Positions 1-12,287 of a DNA stretch of 64,000 nt are shown piece after piece. The notes beneath the pieces were generated by a model, which was given only the letters and a program-made list of their open reading frames with translations, searched no databases and was not told the origin of the DNA. The stretch covers positions 5,084,001 through 5,148,000 of the forward strand of contig CM035352.1 in NCBI GenBank assembly GCA_020137815.1, in the 5' to 3' direction. The stretch's first letter is position 1, and each line of letters starts with the position of its first letter. Origin of the DNA: Hormiphora californensis. Taxonomy: Eukaryota > Animalia > Ctenophora. Made by a program: the position numbers and the translations under genes.

Positions 1-780
1 TATGACTGTCTAAAGACGAAATTCAACCAGCATTTTTGAGGGGATCACGTGTCCTCAACAAATGGGTAAAATGATTTGAAATTTACAAGAGCTTCATTGG
101 AATCGTCTAAGGTTCATCTTGATACCATGGTTTTTTTCCATAGCTCTACGTTTAAGTTGCGTTATGACTGTAGGAACATGAAGATTTTTCTATGCTGAGT
201 CTTAGTTGGTATCGGCTCACAACCCCTAATTAGGTGGCTCGGTGTCGTGTGTAATCCCATGATAATCAGCACATATCGTCTCAATTTCATCTAGACACTT
301 GACAGGGTTGTTATGACGATTTGGCAAGGCCCCTGTTAATGTGTAGGATACGCAAGTGGTCTATATCAACCCTATCATGCACTAAGATGTTATTCAAGCA
401 GCTATGAGCTTCATAACAGGGCAAAATGCAATGCGATACCTGAAACCACTTTTGGGAAAATTCCAGTTCTGACAGTCATAAGACATTCTAAACATTGAGC
501 TAGGATAAAAACCCGGGTACCAAAATGACCGCCAGACAATTTCCTACAACTCTTATGAGGGATGCAATGTGATCCAAGCAACTTTGCACTTGTGAATTTT
601 TCAAAACGTGAACCCCGGTCGGATTTCATGAACACGTAATTTTGACTTTACGACGATATATCTGACAATTGGTAAGACTTGGAAAGTCAATCTTGCAACC
701 AAAATGTTCGCCAGACAATTCTCTAGAACACTGGTTTTTGTTAGAACCATTTTGACCGATTTTTCGATCAGTTTTGGTTA

Positions 781-1711
781 ATTATTATAATGAGATCTGA
801 TCAGGATTAAATAGGGAGGAAACTAGAAAAATATCTGGCGAGGGCCGGGCTCGAACCGACAACCTCTGCATTACATGTACATTGCTCTAACCTATTGAGC
901 TACCTCGCCTACAATTTATCTACATTTCCTCTCTCTATATCACTGATCATGCCCTTAGATATTGCAGCTGTAACTCATATAGGAACAAGATAGATAGTAT
1001 CTTCACTCGCTGCATTCTCACGTTTCTCTCTTTTCTCACACAACACGCCCTACTGTACAACAGTGAAGGGGAAACATACAGCGGGCAGATCTCAGGGTGG
1101 AAGGGTCATTTGTTAATTATTATAATGAGATCTGATCAGGATTAAATAGGGAGGAAACTAGAAAAATATCTGGCGAGGGCCGGGCTCGAACCGACAACCT
1201 CTGCATTACATGTACATTGCTCTAACCTATTGAGCTACCTCGCCTACAATTTATCTACATTTCCTCTCTCTATATCACTGATCATGCCCTTAGATATTGC
1301 AGCTGTAACTCATATAGGAACAAGATAGATAGTATCTTCACTCGCTGCATTCTCACGTTTCTCTCTTTTCTCACACAACACGCCCTACTGTACAACAGTG
1401 AAGGGGAAACATACAGCGGGCAGATCTCAGGGTGGAAGGGTCATTTGTTAATTATTATAATGAGATCTGATCAGGATTAAATAGGGAGGAAACTAGAAAA
1501 ATATCTGGCGAGGGCCGGGCTCGAACCGACAACCTCTGCATTACATGTACATTGCTCTAACCTATTGAGCTACCTCGCCTACAATTTATCTACATTTCCT
1601 CTCTCTATATCACTGATCATGCCCTTAGATATTGCAGCTGTAACTGTGTGAGAAAAGAGAGAAACGTGAGAATGCAGCGAGTGAAGATACTATCTATCTT
1701 GTTCCTATATG
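781..1711 (-). mobile_element. Tandem tRNA-like retro-insertion, family A (2.6 x 335-bp units plus inverted 5' segment)
   Basis: Units start at 781, 1116 and 1451. 1645-1715 is the reverse complement of unit sequence. TSD AGTTTTGGTTA at 770-780 and 1712-1722; a single copy is present at the empty paralogous site 6699-6709. Confidence 0.9.
836..909 (-). ncRNA. tRNA-like cloverleaf (Thr-UGU-like, non-canonical A33); further copies at 1171-1244 and 1506-1579
   Basis: GGCGAGG/CCTCGCC acceptor stem, GCTC/GAGC D stem, loop CATGTAA, GTCGG-TTCGAGC-CCGGC T arm, followed by T5. Confidence 0.8.
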
Positions 1712-1887
1712 AGTTTTGGTTAGTTTAATGGAGCCCGGTCATGACCCAAAATCGCAGGTGATGCAAAGACAGTGGGACACCCTGTAGTATCCACTATCCA
1801 CTTTATTTATTGCTTATTATTCTTATAGATATGCTTATTCCCACATAGTAGTATCCACTGTAATTATTGCTTATTCCCACCACCCAG

Positions 1888-1998
1888 GTCGAGTTAGATC
1901 TGAACAACATGACAGAGTTGGCACCTGCTGAGGAAGACCCTGAGGAAACACCACCCCAATACCTGCCTAGCTTTACTATTGACATTACCAAGTCTCAG
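1888..1998 (+). CDS. Intact duplicate of C1QBP/p32 exon 3 in a partial gene copy
   Basis: VELDLNNMTELAPAEEDPEETPPQYLPSFTIDITKSQ, AG/GT bounded, 111 nt; paralog of 6873-6977. Confidence 0.7.
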
Positions 1999-2340
1999 GT
2001 AACACACCACCCCAATACCTGCCTAGCTTTACTAATGACATTACCAAGTCTCAGGTAACACGCCACCCCAATACCTGCCTAGCTTTACTAATGACATTAC
2101 CAAGTCCCAGGTAATACCTGCCTAGCTTTACTATTGACATTACCAAGTCCCAGGTAACACGCCACCCCAATACCTGCCTAGCTTTACTATTGGCATTACC
2201 AAGTCCCAGGTAACACGCCACCCCAATACCTGCCTAGCTTTACTATTGACATTACCAAGTCTCAGGTAACACGCCACCCCAATACCTGCCTAGCTTTACT
2301 AATGACATTACCAAGTCCCAGGTAATACCTGCCTAGCTTT
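1950..2340 (+). repeat. Minisatellite (~55- and ~43-bp units) made of the p32 exon-3 end plus splice donor; paralog at ~6930-7325
   Basis: Repeats of AATACCTGCCTAGCTTTACTATTGACATTACCAAGTCYCAG|GTAA. Confidence 0.9.
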
Positions 2341-2990
2341 CCGTAGTTTTCTTTATCAGGTTCGTTACAGCTCTGGTAGCACTATCAGCGAGTAACGATA
2401 TTTCACCCCCAACGGTCATTTTTACCTAACTTTGTCGATTTTTAATTCTTGAATCTTCCTGTCCAGGGATACTTGTGCTTCTAAATGCCTCCTAAGTCTA
2501 ATCCTGGTAATAGGGGTAGGGGTGGTAGGGGCGGTAGGGGAGGTAGGGGTGGCAATAGTGTTGATGGTGAGAGAGATGGTGTCCTAACTAGATCTAAGAC
2601 CAATAATGCACATTTCTCTAACTCCCCCAGCATGCCAGATATATCAAATTGCCCTTCTGAATTTGTAGATTTCTTCAAATATCTGTTACAAAAGATTGAT
2701 AATCTTGAATCACGCCTCGCTCAATCAGAGCAGTATAACCGTCGCTCCACCCTAATTGTATCTGGTTTTCCCGTAGCAGAGGGCGAGACTTCTGAATCTC
2801 TGAAAACCGCAGTATGCAAACATCTCACTGATGAGACCCAGGTACCCGTGCGTGAAAGTGATATTCAAGCTTTGCACCGCAATAAGCCTCCTAGTACTAG
2901 ACCTGTCGCTGACAAGAAGGATGCACCGAGACCAGCCGAGCTCCTTTGCAGATTTAGACTTCATTAAGCACCTTTTCTCAAATTAAACTG
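2341..2990 (+). mobile_element. 5' fragment of a non-LTR retrotransposon with ORF1 (2485-2967)
   Basis: RGG-rich N-terminus, coiled coil, then EQYNRRSTLIVSGFP..E....DIQALHR, the usual LINE ORF1 coiled-coil/RRM pattern. No ORF2 follows. Confidence 0.72.
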
Positions 2991-3299
2991 GGGCCCGTCG
3001 TCTGCCCTATATAGATCAGGAAACCGTACCGCATCAGGAAATACTGATCCCTGGATGTTATATTGGCTATTGATTAACCAGTCAGTGACATAAATAAAGA
3101 GGTCTGATAGTTGTTACTGGTCGGTCGGTCCTGCAAGATATGATTCTGATTCTGTCCATGTGAAATGTAGGGAGATGATTCGTCGACTATGATTTACATG
3201 TTATACATCTCCACAGACCACTCCTCCGTCGCTTCAATCACTCTCTTTTAACCTCTGATATAATGGCTTACTACATACAAATCTCGCTCCCACAACCAT

Positions 3300-4280
3300 G
3301 GCAGCTTCTCCCATCATACAGCACTTGCCATCCTTTCTAGCATACCCTCCACCATCGTAATCCCCACGACACCACACGTCACCATACCCCCATGACACCC
3401 CATCATAACCCCACCATACCACCTTGACACCCCATCACACCCCCGTGACACCCCCATCATACACCCATGACACCCCACTATACCCCCGTGACACCCCATC
3501 ATACCCCCGTGACACCCCATCATACCCCACCATACCCCCATGACACCCCATCATAACCACTACTGAACCATTCCAACACCGTGAACCCCATATACCCCCA
3601 CAACACCCCCTAACCCACCGTGACACCCCATCATACCCCGTGACACCCCATACCCACCCATACCCCCGTGACCACCCCCAACATACCCCAATGACACCCC
3701 ACATACCATGGGACACCCATCATACCCCCGTGACAACCCATCATACCCCGCGTGACACCCCATCATACCCCACCATACCCCCGTGACACCCCCATAACAC
3801 CCCCATGGACACCCCATATACCCCCGTGGACACCCCATCCCTACCCCGTCGTGACACCCCATCATACCCCGGACACCCCACTATACCCCCGTGACACCCC
3901 ATCACACCCCCAGTGACACCCCCCATCATACCCCCATGACACCCCACTATACCCCCGTGACACCCCATCATACCCCCGTGACACCCCATCATACCCCACC
4001 ATACCCCCGTGACACCCCCATCATACCCCCGACACTAACACACATAATGACACCCAATCATCCCCAGTGACACCCCATCATACCCCCCGTGACACCCACC
4101 ATAACCCGTGCACCCCATCATACCCCCGCTCGATCACCCCATCATTTCACCCACTTCATACCCCCGTGACACCCCACCATACCCCCGTGACACCCCATCA
4201 TACCCCGTGACACCCATATACCCCAGTGACACCACACCATACCCCACCATACCCCCACCATACCCCCATGACACCCTCAC
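3300..4280. repeat. C-rich minisatellite (~21-bp CCCCCGTGACACCCCATCATA)
   Basis: Degenerate tandem repeats visible directly. Confidence 0.92.
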
Positions 4281-4296
4281 CTATATCCTCCTACAG

Positions 4297-4601
4297 ACGG
4301 GTGTACTATAGACACACTACTGGAGAAGGCTGGTCTCACATCCAACATGTACGAGTTACCCGGGGACATTGACCCCGAGGGTGCCCCCGGTGGGGTCCGG
4401 TTTGGTGCCCACCCCCTCACATCTCGAGGTGCTACTGAGGACCATTTTAGAGATGTTGCCCAGATTGTTAACAGTGCTGTGGTTATGGCACGGAGGGTTG
4501 GTAGGGATGGATTGGGAGAGAGGGAGGTTAGAGAACTGGAGAGGATGGTCCGGAATGTTGCAGTACAATTAGCTGAACCCGGATCTTGGTCAGACATTTG
4601 A
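4297..4601 (+). CDS. Last exon of a serine hydroxymethyltransferase (SHMT)-like gene
   Basis: After CTACAG acceptor: DGCTIDTLLEKAGLTSNMYELPGDIDPEGAPGGVRFGAHPLTSRGATEDHFRDVAQIV. Aligns by eye with the SHMT C-terminal pattern DG..A..VLE...I..NKN..PGD....PSG.R.GT..LTSRG..E.DF..VA. Confidence 0.75.
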
Positions 4602-4778
4602 TTGGACGTATATCGTGTGTATTTTTGTGTATTTTAGTACTGTGATCACTGATGTTTTTTTACTGTTTTTATGGATTTTTGATGGAATATCCTTCGTTTA
4701 ATTTTGGAAACACCCCCGGCCCTTCAACTACTATACTAAGTATTATCATCAATTACCCCGTGTTATTAGCGTGTTGTA

Positions 4779-7700
4779 ATGAGTGCCTTGCGAGCAGCCC
4801 TCAGACCTGTATGTAGGATGGGCGGGGGGTCTACACTACAGAGAAACTACTACACCTGTACCCCTCCTTGCATCCCCGCCTCCTTGATTGCTCCTTCACG
4901 CCGCTTTTATCCCAAGGTACTGATTCAGGTTCGTCACACCCACTAACACACACCCACTAACATCGCACAGTTTTTAGTAAATCACATTTATTTGTTACAT
5001 AAAACAGAAACAAATGATATGTTTCCTTGCTTTCATGGTGAGTGGTGTCCAGGAAACCGACCCCAATCAGGAAATACTGGTCCCTGATTGGCTATATAAC
5101 CAGTCATCGTGACCTAAATAACGAGTTCTGATTGGTGTTTCGGTCGGTTCCTCCTGGTTGGTGTCACAATCAATATTCCGCACGCACCGGTTCGGAGAGG
5201 GGGTGGTCTAATCACAACTAATCACTGTATTATTGCCCCCCAGATTCACGCACTGGGTTATCAGCGCTGTCAATGAAATACAACACGAGGACGGTGCTGG
5301 TTCTGCACCTACATTACCGGGGGAGCTATCAGAGTTCAAGTTTATACCATGCAGAGGTGTAGTATTATATGTCGAAAACAGTTCCAGGATGAGAAGATTG
5401 CGGTTAGTGTTATAGAGCTCCACGGTGGGCCTCTCCTTAGTTGGTAGTTAGAACTTCATGGGTCCCACTACCTGTTAGAACCACACTCAAACTCTCTTGT
5501 ACCCCCCCTGAGAAGTGAGAACCACCACTCCCCATGTAACAATGAACCACTCTCCAGAAAGTTGGCCTACAAATCAATGTACAGGGTGTCCCACTGTCTT
5601 TGCATCACCTGCGATTTTGGGTCATGACCGGGCCCCATTAAACTAACCACAACTGATCGAAAAAATTGGTCAAAATGGTTCTAACAAAAACCAGTGTTCT
5701 AGAGAATTGTCTGGCGAACATTTTGGTTGCAAGATTGACTTTCCAAGTCTTACCAATCGTGCAGATATATCGTCGTAAAGTCAAAATACGTGTTCATGAA
5801 ATCCGACCGGGGTTCACGTTTTGAAAAATTCACAAGTGCAAAGTTGCTCGGATCACATTGCATCCCCATAAGAGTTGTAGGAAATTGTCTGGCGGTCATT
5901 TGGTACCCGGGTTTTTGTCCTAACTCAATGTTTAGAGTGTTTATGACGTCTAAAGAGAGAAATTCAACCAGCATTTTTGAGGGGATCACGTGTCCTCAAC
6001 AAATGGGTAAATGATTTGAAATTTACAAGAGCTTCATTGGAACGTCTAAGGTTCATCTTGATACCATGGTTTTTTCCATAGCTCTACGTTTAAGTTGCGT
6101 TATGACTGTAGGAACATGAAGATTTTTTCTATGCTGAGTCTTAGTTGGTATCGGCTCACAACCCCTAATTAGGTGGTCGGTGTCGTGTGTAATCCCATGA
6201 TAATCAGCACAATCGTCCTCAATTTCATTTAGGACACTTGACAGGTTGTTATGACGATTTGGCAAGGCCCCTGTTAAGTGTAGGATACGCAAGTGGCTGA
6301 TATCAACCTATCATGCACTAAGATGTTATTCAAGCAGCTATGAGCTCATAACAGGGCAAAATGCAATGCGATACCTGAAACCACTTTTGGGAAAATTCCA
6401 GTTCTGACAGTCATAAGACATTTCACATTGAGCTAGGATAAAAACCCGGGTACCAAAATGACCGCCAGACAATTTCCTACAACTCTTATGAGGGATGCAA
6501 TGTGATCCAAGCAACTTTGCACTTGTGAATTTTTCAAAACGTGAAACCGGTCGGATTTCATGAACACGTAATTTTGACTTTACGACGATATCTGACAATT
6601 GTGTAAGACTTGGAAAGTCAATCTTGCAACCAAAAGTTCGCCAGACAATTCTCTAGAACACTGGTTTTGTTAGAACCATTTTGACCGATTTTTCGATCAG
6701 TTTTGGTTAGTTTAATGGAGCCCGGTCATGACCCAAAATCGCAGGTGATTGCAAAGACAGTGGGGACACCCTGTAGTATCCAAATCCATTTATTATTGCT
6801 TATTATTCTTATAGATATGCTTATTCCACATAGTAGTTATCCACTGTAATTATTGCTATTCCCACCACCCAGGTCGAGTTAGATCTGAACAACAGACGAG
6901 TTGCACTGCTGAGGAAGACCTGAGGAAACACCACCCCAATACCTGCCTAGCTTACTATTGACATTACCAAGTCTCAGGTAACACGCCACCCCAATACCTC
7001 CTAGCTTTACTAATGACATTACAAGTCCCAGGTAATACCTGCCTAGCTTTACATTGACATTAACAAGTCCCAGGTAACACGCCACCCAATACCTGCCTAG
7101 CTTTACTATGGCATTACCAAGTCTCAGGTAATACCTGCCTAGCTTTACTTGACATTACCAAGTCCCAGGTAACACGCCACCCCAATACCTGCCTAGCTTT
7201 ACTATTGACATTACCAAGTCTCAGGTAATACCTGCCTAGCTTTACTATTGACATTACCAAGTCTCAGGTAACACGCCACCCCAATACCTGCCTAGCTTTA
7301 CTATTGACATTACCAAGTCTTAGGTACAATCACAATCATGAGTTCCCCTCCCTATTTTCCGCCAAAAATATTAAACAACAGATTTAAGGCTGCAAAAAAG
7401 TTGTGTGTTCTTAGTTACTCATATCACATGGCACACATTTACACACAAAAAAAGACAAACACACCAACACAAACCAACACATCTACGTCACATAAAATTA
7501 CTGTTTTTAATTCTCTGGTCCCCTCTCTCTCCTCGCATCACACGCCCTTGGGGCCACCACCACTGGGTGCTGCTCCATTATATAGAGTCACGTAGTGCTG
7601 CGGCGACGGCTGCAGCTGACATCTCCGTGAGATCTTCCTCTGACAAGTTGTTGGTGTTGTCGTGGTGCCCGCCAAGTGAGTCAAATACTGAGGGGAGGGG

Positions 7701-10700
7701 AGTGGGTTAGTGGTGTGCGCCAAGTGAGTCAAATACTGAGGGGAGGGGAGTGAGTTAGTAGATACAGAGGGGAGGGAGTGAGTTAGTAGATACAGAGGGG
7801 AGGGGAGTGGGTTAGTAACTACTGAAGGGAGCTGAGGGGAGTGGGTTAGTAGATACAGAGGGGAGGGGAGTGGGTTAGTAACTACAGAAGGGAGCCGGGA
7901 GGGGAGTGGGTTAGTAGATACTTGGGGGAGCTGAGGGGAGTGGGTTAGTAACTACAGAAGGGAGGGGAGTGGTTTAGTAGAAACGGAGGAGAAGTACTGT
8001 ATCGCACGGGGACAGTAAAAGATTCGATATATTAAGTGTTACTCTAAACCACTGGTACCAACCTCCATATGTAAAACACATGTTGACGAAGACGAACATT
8101 AGGACGATCGATCTGAAACAAGGGAGTAAAGGTGTAAAGCAGGGGGGTAAAGGTGTAAAGCAGGGGGGTTAAGGGGTAAAGCAGGGGTAAAGCAGGGGGT
8201 AGAGGTGTAAAGCAGGGAGGTAAAGCAGGGGGGTAGAGGGGTAAAGCAGGGGGGTAAAGGTGTAAAGCAGGGGGGTTAAGGTGTAAAGCAGGGGGGTTAA
8301 GGTGTAAAGCAGGGGGGTTAAGGGGTAAATAGCAGCTGAAATGAAACAATCTAATCGGTAAAATGTAAACATATCGTTCGGAGATAAAACTAAACTTACA
8401 AAATGATAGATTTCATATTGAGGCAGGGATCTTATGGTGCTCTTTTTTAACTCTGACTTGCCTGGGGATACCTTGTCCCTTTTATACTACAACATGCAGG
8501 GAGTGGATTAATGGAATTTGTATCTTACAGTCATGGGATTATGCCCATATAAGGGCAACACGTGATATTGTATCTCACGCGGGATTTGAACAAAGAGCAG
8601 TATGATGCACAACAATAGAACATAACGTTAAAACTAACACTTTAAAGGACTCGAGATAGGAGCAGAGGGGAGGAGGGGAGGGAGGTGTTGAATTAATCTC
8701 AACCAAAATAGAAATAAGGAGAAGATTAAAGGTGTTGTTTTTTGTAATGTACACAACATCGCAGAATTCCCAGGGAAGCAATATATCGCCGGCAACTTCT
8801 TCCCATAGATACATATCGCCGGCAAATTTCTCCCATATATCGCGATATTATCGCAAGAATGATAAGTAATCTCCTACCCCTCCCTCTTTCGTACGTAAAG
8901 CAAGAGAGGCTTCTCGATAGGGGGAGGGGTTCGACAAGCACAATAAATATAGCTCGATAATTTATGATCATATAACGGGTGACAACTAAAAATCTGGACA
9001 ATTTTCTGTGAGCTCTAGCGTCGGCCCCGCTTGAGATACAGCTTCAGGCCAGTGATAGAACGATTTTTCAGACAATTTTGAATCATAATTACACAATGGG
9101 AAAAACTAAAAAGTTCATTTTCATTGCGATATCGCATCATTTCCTCTTGACCCACCAAAGCATGTGTACGGAGATTTGAGATTTCTGTGTGATCAGAAAC
9201 GACCTTCCCGATGAGATAAAATTCTCAAATTTGAAATAATGGTTGTTCATGCCATAACCAACATAACTGCCAAGTTTCAACATTTTAGCTGATCAGGAAG
9301 TTGGTTTTCCACTTCATAAATGTTTCGAGAGATCGTCAAAATGGCGATTTCTCAAATTACCTGTAAACTACACTTTGAAGGGTTTGTTACAGATGATTCT
9401 GTGATTAGAATTGAGATTATCGGAGTGTGAAACAAAGTTAATTTCGTTCAAAATCGTCTGAAAAATCATTTTATCGCTGCCCCGAAGCTGTATCTCAAAA
9501 AGAACAGGCGCTAGAGGTGCTAGAAAAGTGTGTAAATTTCAAGTACTACATGCTTTGGTGGGTCAAGAGGAAATGATGCGATATCGCAATGAAAATGAAC
9601 TTTTTAGTTTTTCCCGTTGTGTTATTCTGATTCAAAATTGTCTGAAAAATCGTTCTATCACTGGCCTGAAGCTGTATCTCAAGCGGGGCCGGCGTTAGAG
9701 CTCACAGAAAATTGTCCAGATTTTTAGTTGTCACCCGTTAGTTCCCCTCCTCAAACTGATTTTGAATATATTAGCAATGGATAAAAAGGTACTGAGGTAA
9801 GTTGAGAACTAAGTGAGTTCTAAACTCACTATTGGTGAGTTACTAGTCTTGGTTACGAAGTCACCCATTTACGAACACGCGGTAAATTCATTTACTACTT
9901 TGGTGGTTCGGTAGATCATTTACTACTCTCTTTCCAAGAAACTGTTTCTTAGAAACAGCTCGTTTGGTCATTATATCAGCACGTCAAAGTAACGTCAATC
10001 GGGCCTAATAGGTAAAGTTTGACTCATTTGCCCCTCATTTCACCATTAGAGAGATGAGAGATTACGTATCCAGTGTGTGTGTGTGCTAGAGGGGTGATTA
10101 GTTTTACTTGTTCCTTAACGTCATGAAGTACACAAAAAACTTCCGACTTGTTACGCATCATTCTACGTCACGCCCATTAAATAGGGAGAGGTTTACTACA
10201 ACAATGACCCTACGGGAGCCCTATTATAACCGAGGCTGGTTGTAGTGAGAAACACGGTATTCATACACACTGTTTCGATGAAATACCATCATAAGATACG
10301 TTAGCTTGACCAATCACAGCGCTAGAATCTAGATCGTGCTAAACATGTTTACTTTAATAGTTTAGTAGCCGCACACTATCAAACTATGCAAACGGTGCAT
10401 CTGCATACCGTTTTTGAAAACATTTTCTCCACTACAATCGCCACTATACACTACAAGAGCCATATATGTAACATGGGGTACCAGAACAGGGTCTAAGGAA
10501 TGCTACGAGATTCTCTCTCTGTCAAACTGTTTAAAGTTCAAAGACCTATAAAAATTTCCCTGGACTGCCCCGCATTGAGCATTCTCATTTCCCAACCTCT
10601 TTATTCACTTTTCGTAGGAAATATATTTATCAAATGACTTTGAATAAAACTTAAAAGAATATTTTCTTTTATTCAAAGTCATTTAATGAATTTTATTCAC

Positions 10701-12287
10701 GCTCCTACGAATTCATTTTACACGGTCGCTTGTAGTGGGAAAACGGTAATGGAAAACGAAGATACAGTAAGACGACGTGCAACCGTGGCCAATCAGTACG
10801 CTAGTACGTGCTGACACATGAACTTTTTGCCGCGCGTTATGCACCGTGTGTGTCTCATTACTGTATTTCGCGATACCGTATTTTGACTGCAAGCAGCACT
10901 GTTATACAGCTCTACAGAGCTCTGACTCCATGTTTCTCCCTTGGTAAAATTACTCCCTGAGCTAGCCCCCAATGGCCACTTCGCCCACCATTTACCACTT
11001 TTTTTTACTCTTTTCCATATCCCCAACCTCCCAACCAACCTCCCAACTAACCCCCCCCCCCCCCAACTTCCCAGGGTTCCCTGCTGTTCAGCTGCAATTA
11101 CCACATGTCAAGTGAGGAACAAAATATTGATCAGTACGTGATCAGTGAGGTGGCATATGTTGCACCAGGCCAGAATCGATTAGACGCATTTACAACCGAC
11201 TTTGGAAATCTTGATTATGTAAGTGTATTGGAAACTAACTAATAATTAATTAGAAACTGTTAGTCTTATAAAAATAATTTTAAGTATTGTTCAATATAAC
11301 CAGCTAACTAACTAAGCAGTCAAAATTCGAAACGCTTGAATCAAAAGGAAGGTGACAAATGACAAGAAATACATATATAAATATCGGATCCATAAATCGT
11401 TTACTCGGAAATTGGAATCATCTCAGCCGACATTTTCAATTAGTAGCTCGACTGAAATGAACTATAATTGTGGTTCTGTCAATTTTATAAAAGCTTGTAT
11501 GACGAAATGGCAATTTGAAAAGTGAAGTTTACATGGCAGACAACTTCGTCGCCAATAGTATTGGCCCAATACGTGTTTCAATTTCAATAAATGAACAAAA
11601 GGAACTTTCATTATGAAACAACTTGTTTCCAAATAATTGTTTGGAAATAAGTTCAAAGTTGTTTCAATTTGTTGTTGCTCTCGGTTCATAATTGGATCGA
11701 TTGAGCTCTACCGTGCCTAGTCAACTATTGAAACTTTCATTATGTACAACAAGTACAGCACTGAACTAGTCAAATTAAGACCTCGTATTATGCTGCTGGG
11801 CTGATCTTTGTGTCTGTACTAATCAGTACACCGCGGTACTGTAACCATGTAATTTGTGTACTACTTGGCAATATATAGCAATTCCTTTGCCTCACTTTTC
11901 TTAGCAAAAAAAGAAACCCCCCCCCTGTGAATTTTGAAATCAAGGAGGGGAGTTTAGTTCAAGACCAAAGTTTGACTCATAATATTTTTCTGCGAGTTTG
12001 TGCGATAGAGTCAGAACTCATAACAATTAAAATGTATAATATTTATCAAAAAATCATTTCCATTATCCGTAATACACCCTTCTCTCTTCAAATTATCCCC
12101 CCTGAAACCCCCTATATATTCTCTAACACCATTTTCTCTCCCCCAGACATTGATTGAAGAGTTTGAAAGCTACCTCCATCGCAGAGGATTAGGAGCTGAG
12201 TTTTCCTCTGCTCTCTTCGAATGGTCCTCTTCCGTTGAGCATTCAAACTATGTTCAACTCCTAAAGAATGTCAGAGACTTTTTGTAG
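4779..12287 (+). CDS. C1QBP: C1QBP/p32 (MAM33 family) mitochondrial matrix protein, ~6 exons
   Basis: Exons: 4779-4916 (Arg-rich, acid-free transit peptide MSALRAALRPVCRM...), 5244-5402 (NEIQHE...RKQFQDEKIA, indels), 6873-6977 (indels), ~7586-7675 (uncertain), 11146-11218 (AFTTDFGNLDY), 12147-12287 (TLIEEFESYLHRRGLGAEFSSALFEWSSSVEHSNYVQLLKNVRDFL*, the MAM33 C-terminal motif). Confidence 0.82.
5582..6773. mobile_element. Tc1/mariner-type MITE with ~340-bp TIRs; second copy ends at ~1784
   Basis: TA|CAGGGTGTCCC...GGGACACCCTG|TA; no ORF. Confidence 0.85.
7660..7985. repeat. G-rich minisatellite starting at an exon/donor junction
   Basis: GCCAA|GTGAGTCAAATACTGAGGGGAGGGGAGTG is duplicated, then decays into ~30-bp units. 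Confidence 0.8.
8120..8330. repeat. 21-bp minisatellite GGTGTAAAGCAGGGGGGTTAA
   Basis: Tandem copies visible directly. Confidence 0.9.
8975..9738. mobile_element. MITE with ~190-bp TIRs and TA TSD
   Basis: TA|ACGGGTGACAACTAAAAATCTGG ... CCAGATTTTTAGTTGTCACCCGT|TA. Confidence 0.85.

Larger units (their letters stand above)
1..2340. repeat. Segmental duplicate of ~5942-7325
   Basis: Collinear sequence: MITE remainder, intron, p32 exon 3 and junction minisatellite. Differs by many 1-bp indels and by the 781-1711 insertion. Confidence 0.9.

Noticed and set aside
781-1115. Hammerhead ribozyme in the tandem units
   Set aside because: No CUGANGA...GAAA core with flanking helices on either strand in A or B; CTGATCA is part of a stem and is not conserved in B.
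836-1579. Cluster of functional tRNA-Thr genes
   Set aside because: A at position 33, a mismatched anticodon stem, and location inside a TSD-flanked insertion.
1950-2340. CRISPR-like array
   Set aside because: No unique spacers and no cas genes; eukaryotic exon-derived minisatellite.
3234-4311. Gly/Met-rich ORFs
   Set aside because: Translations of a minisatellite.
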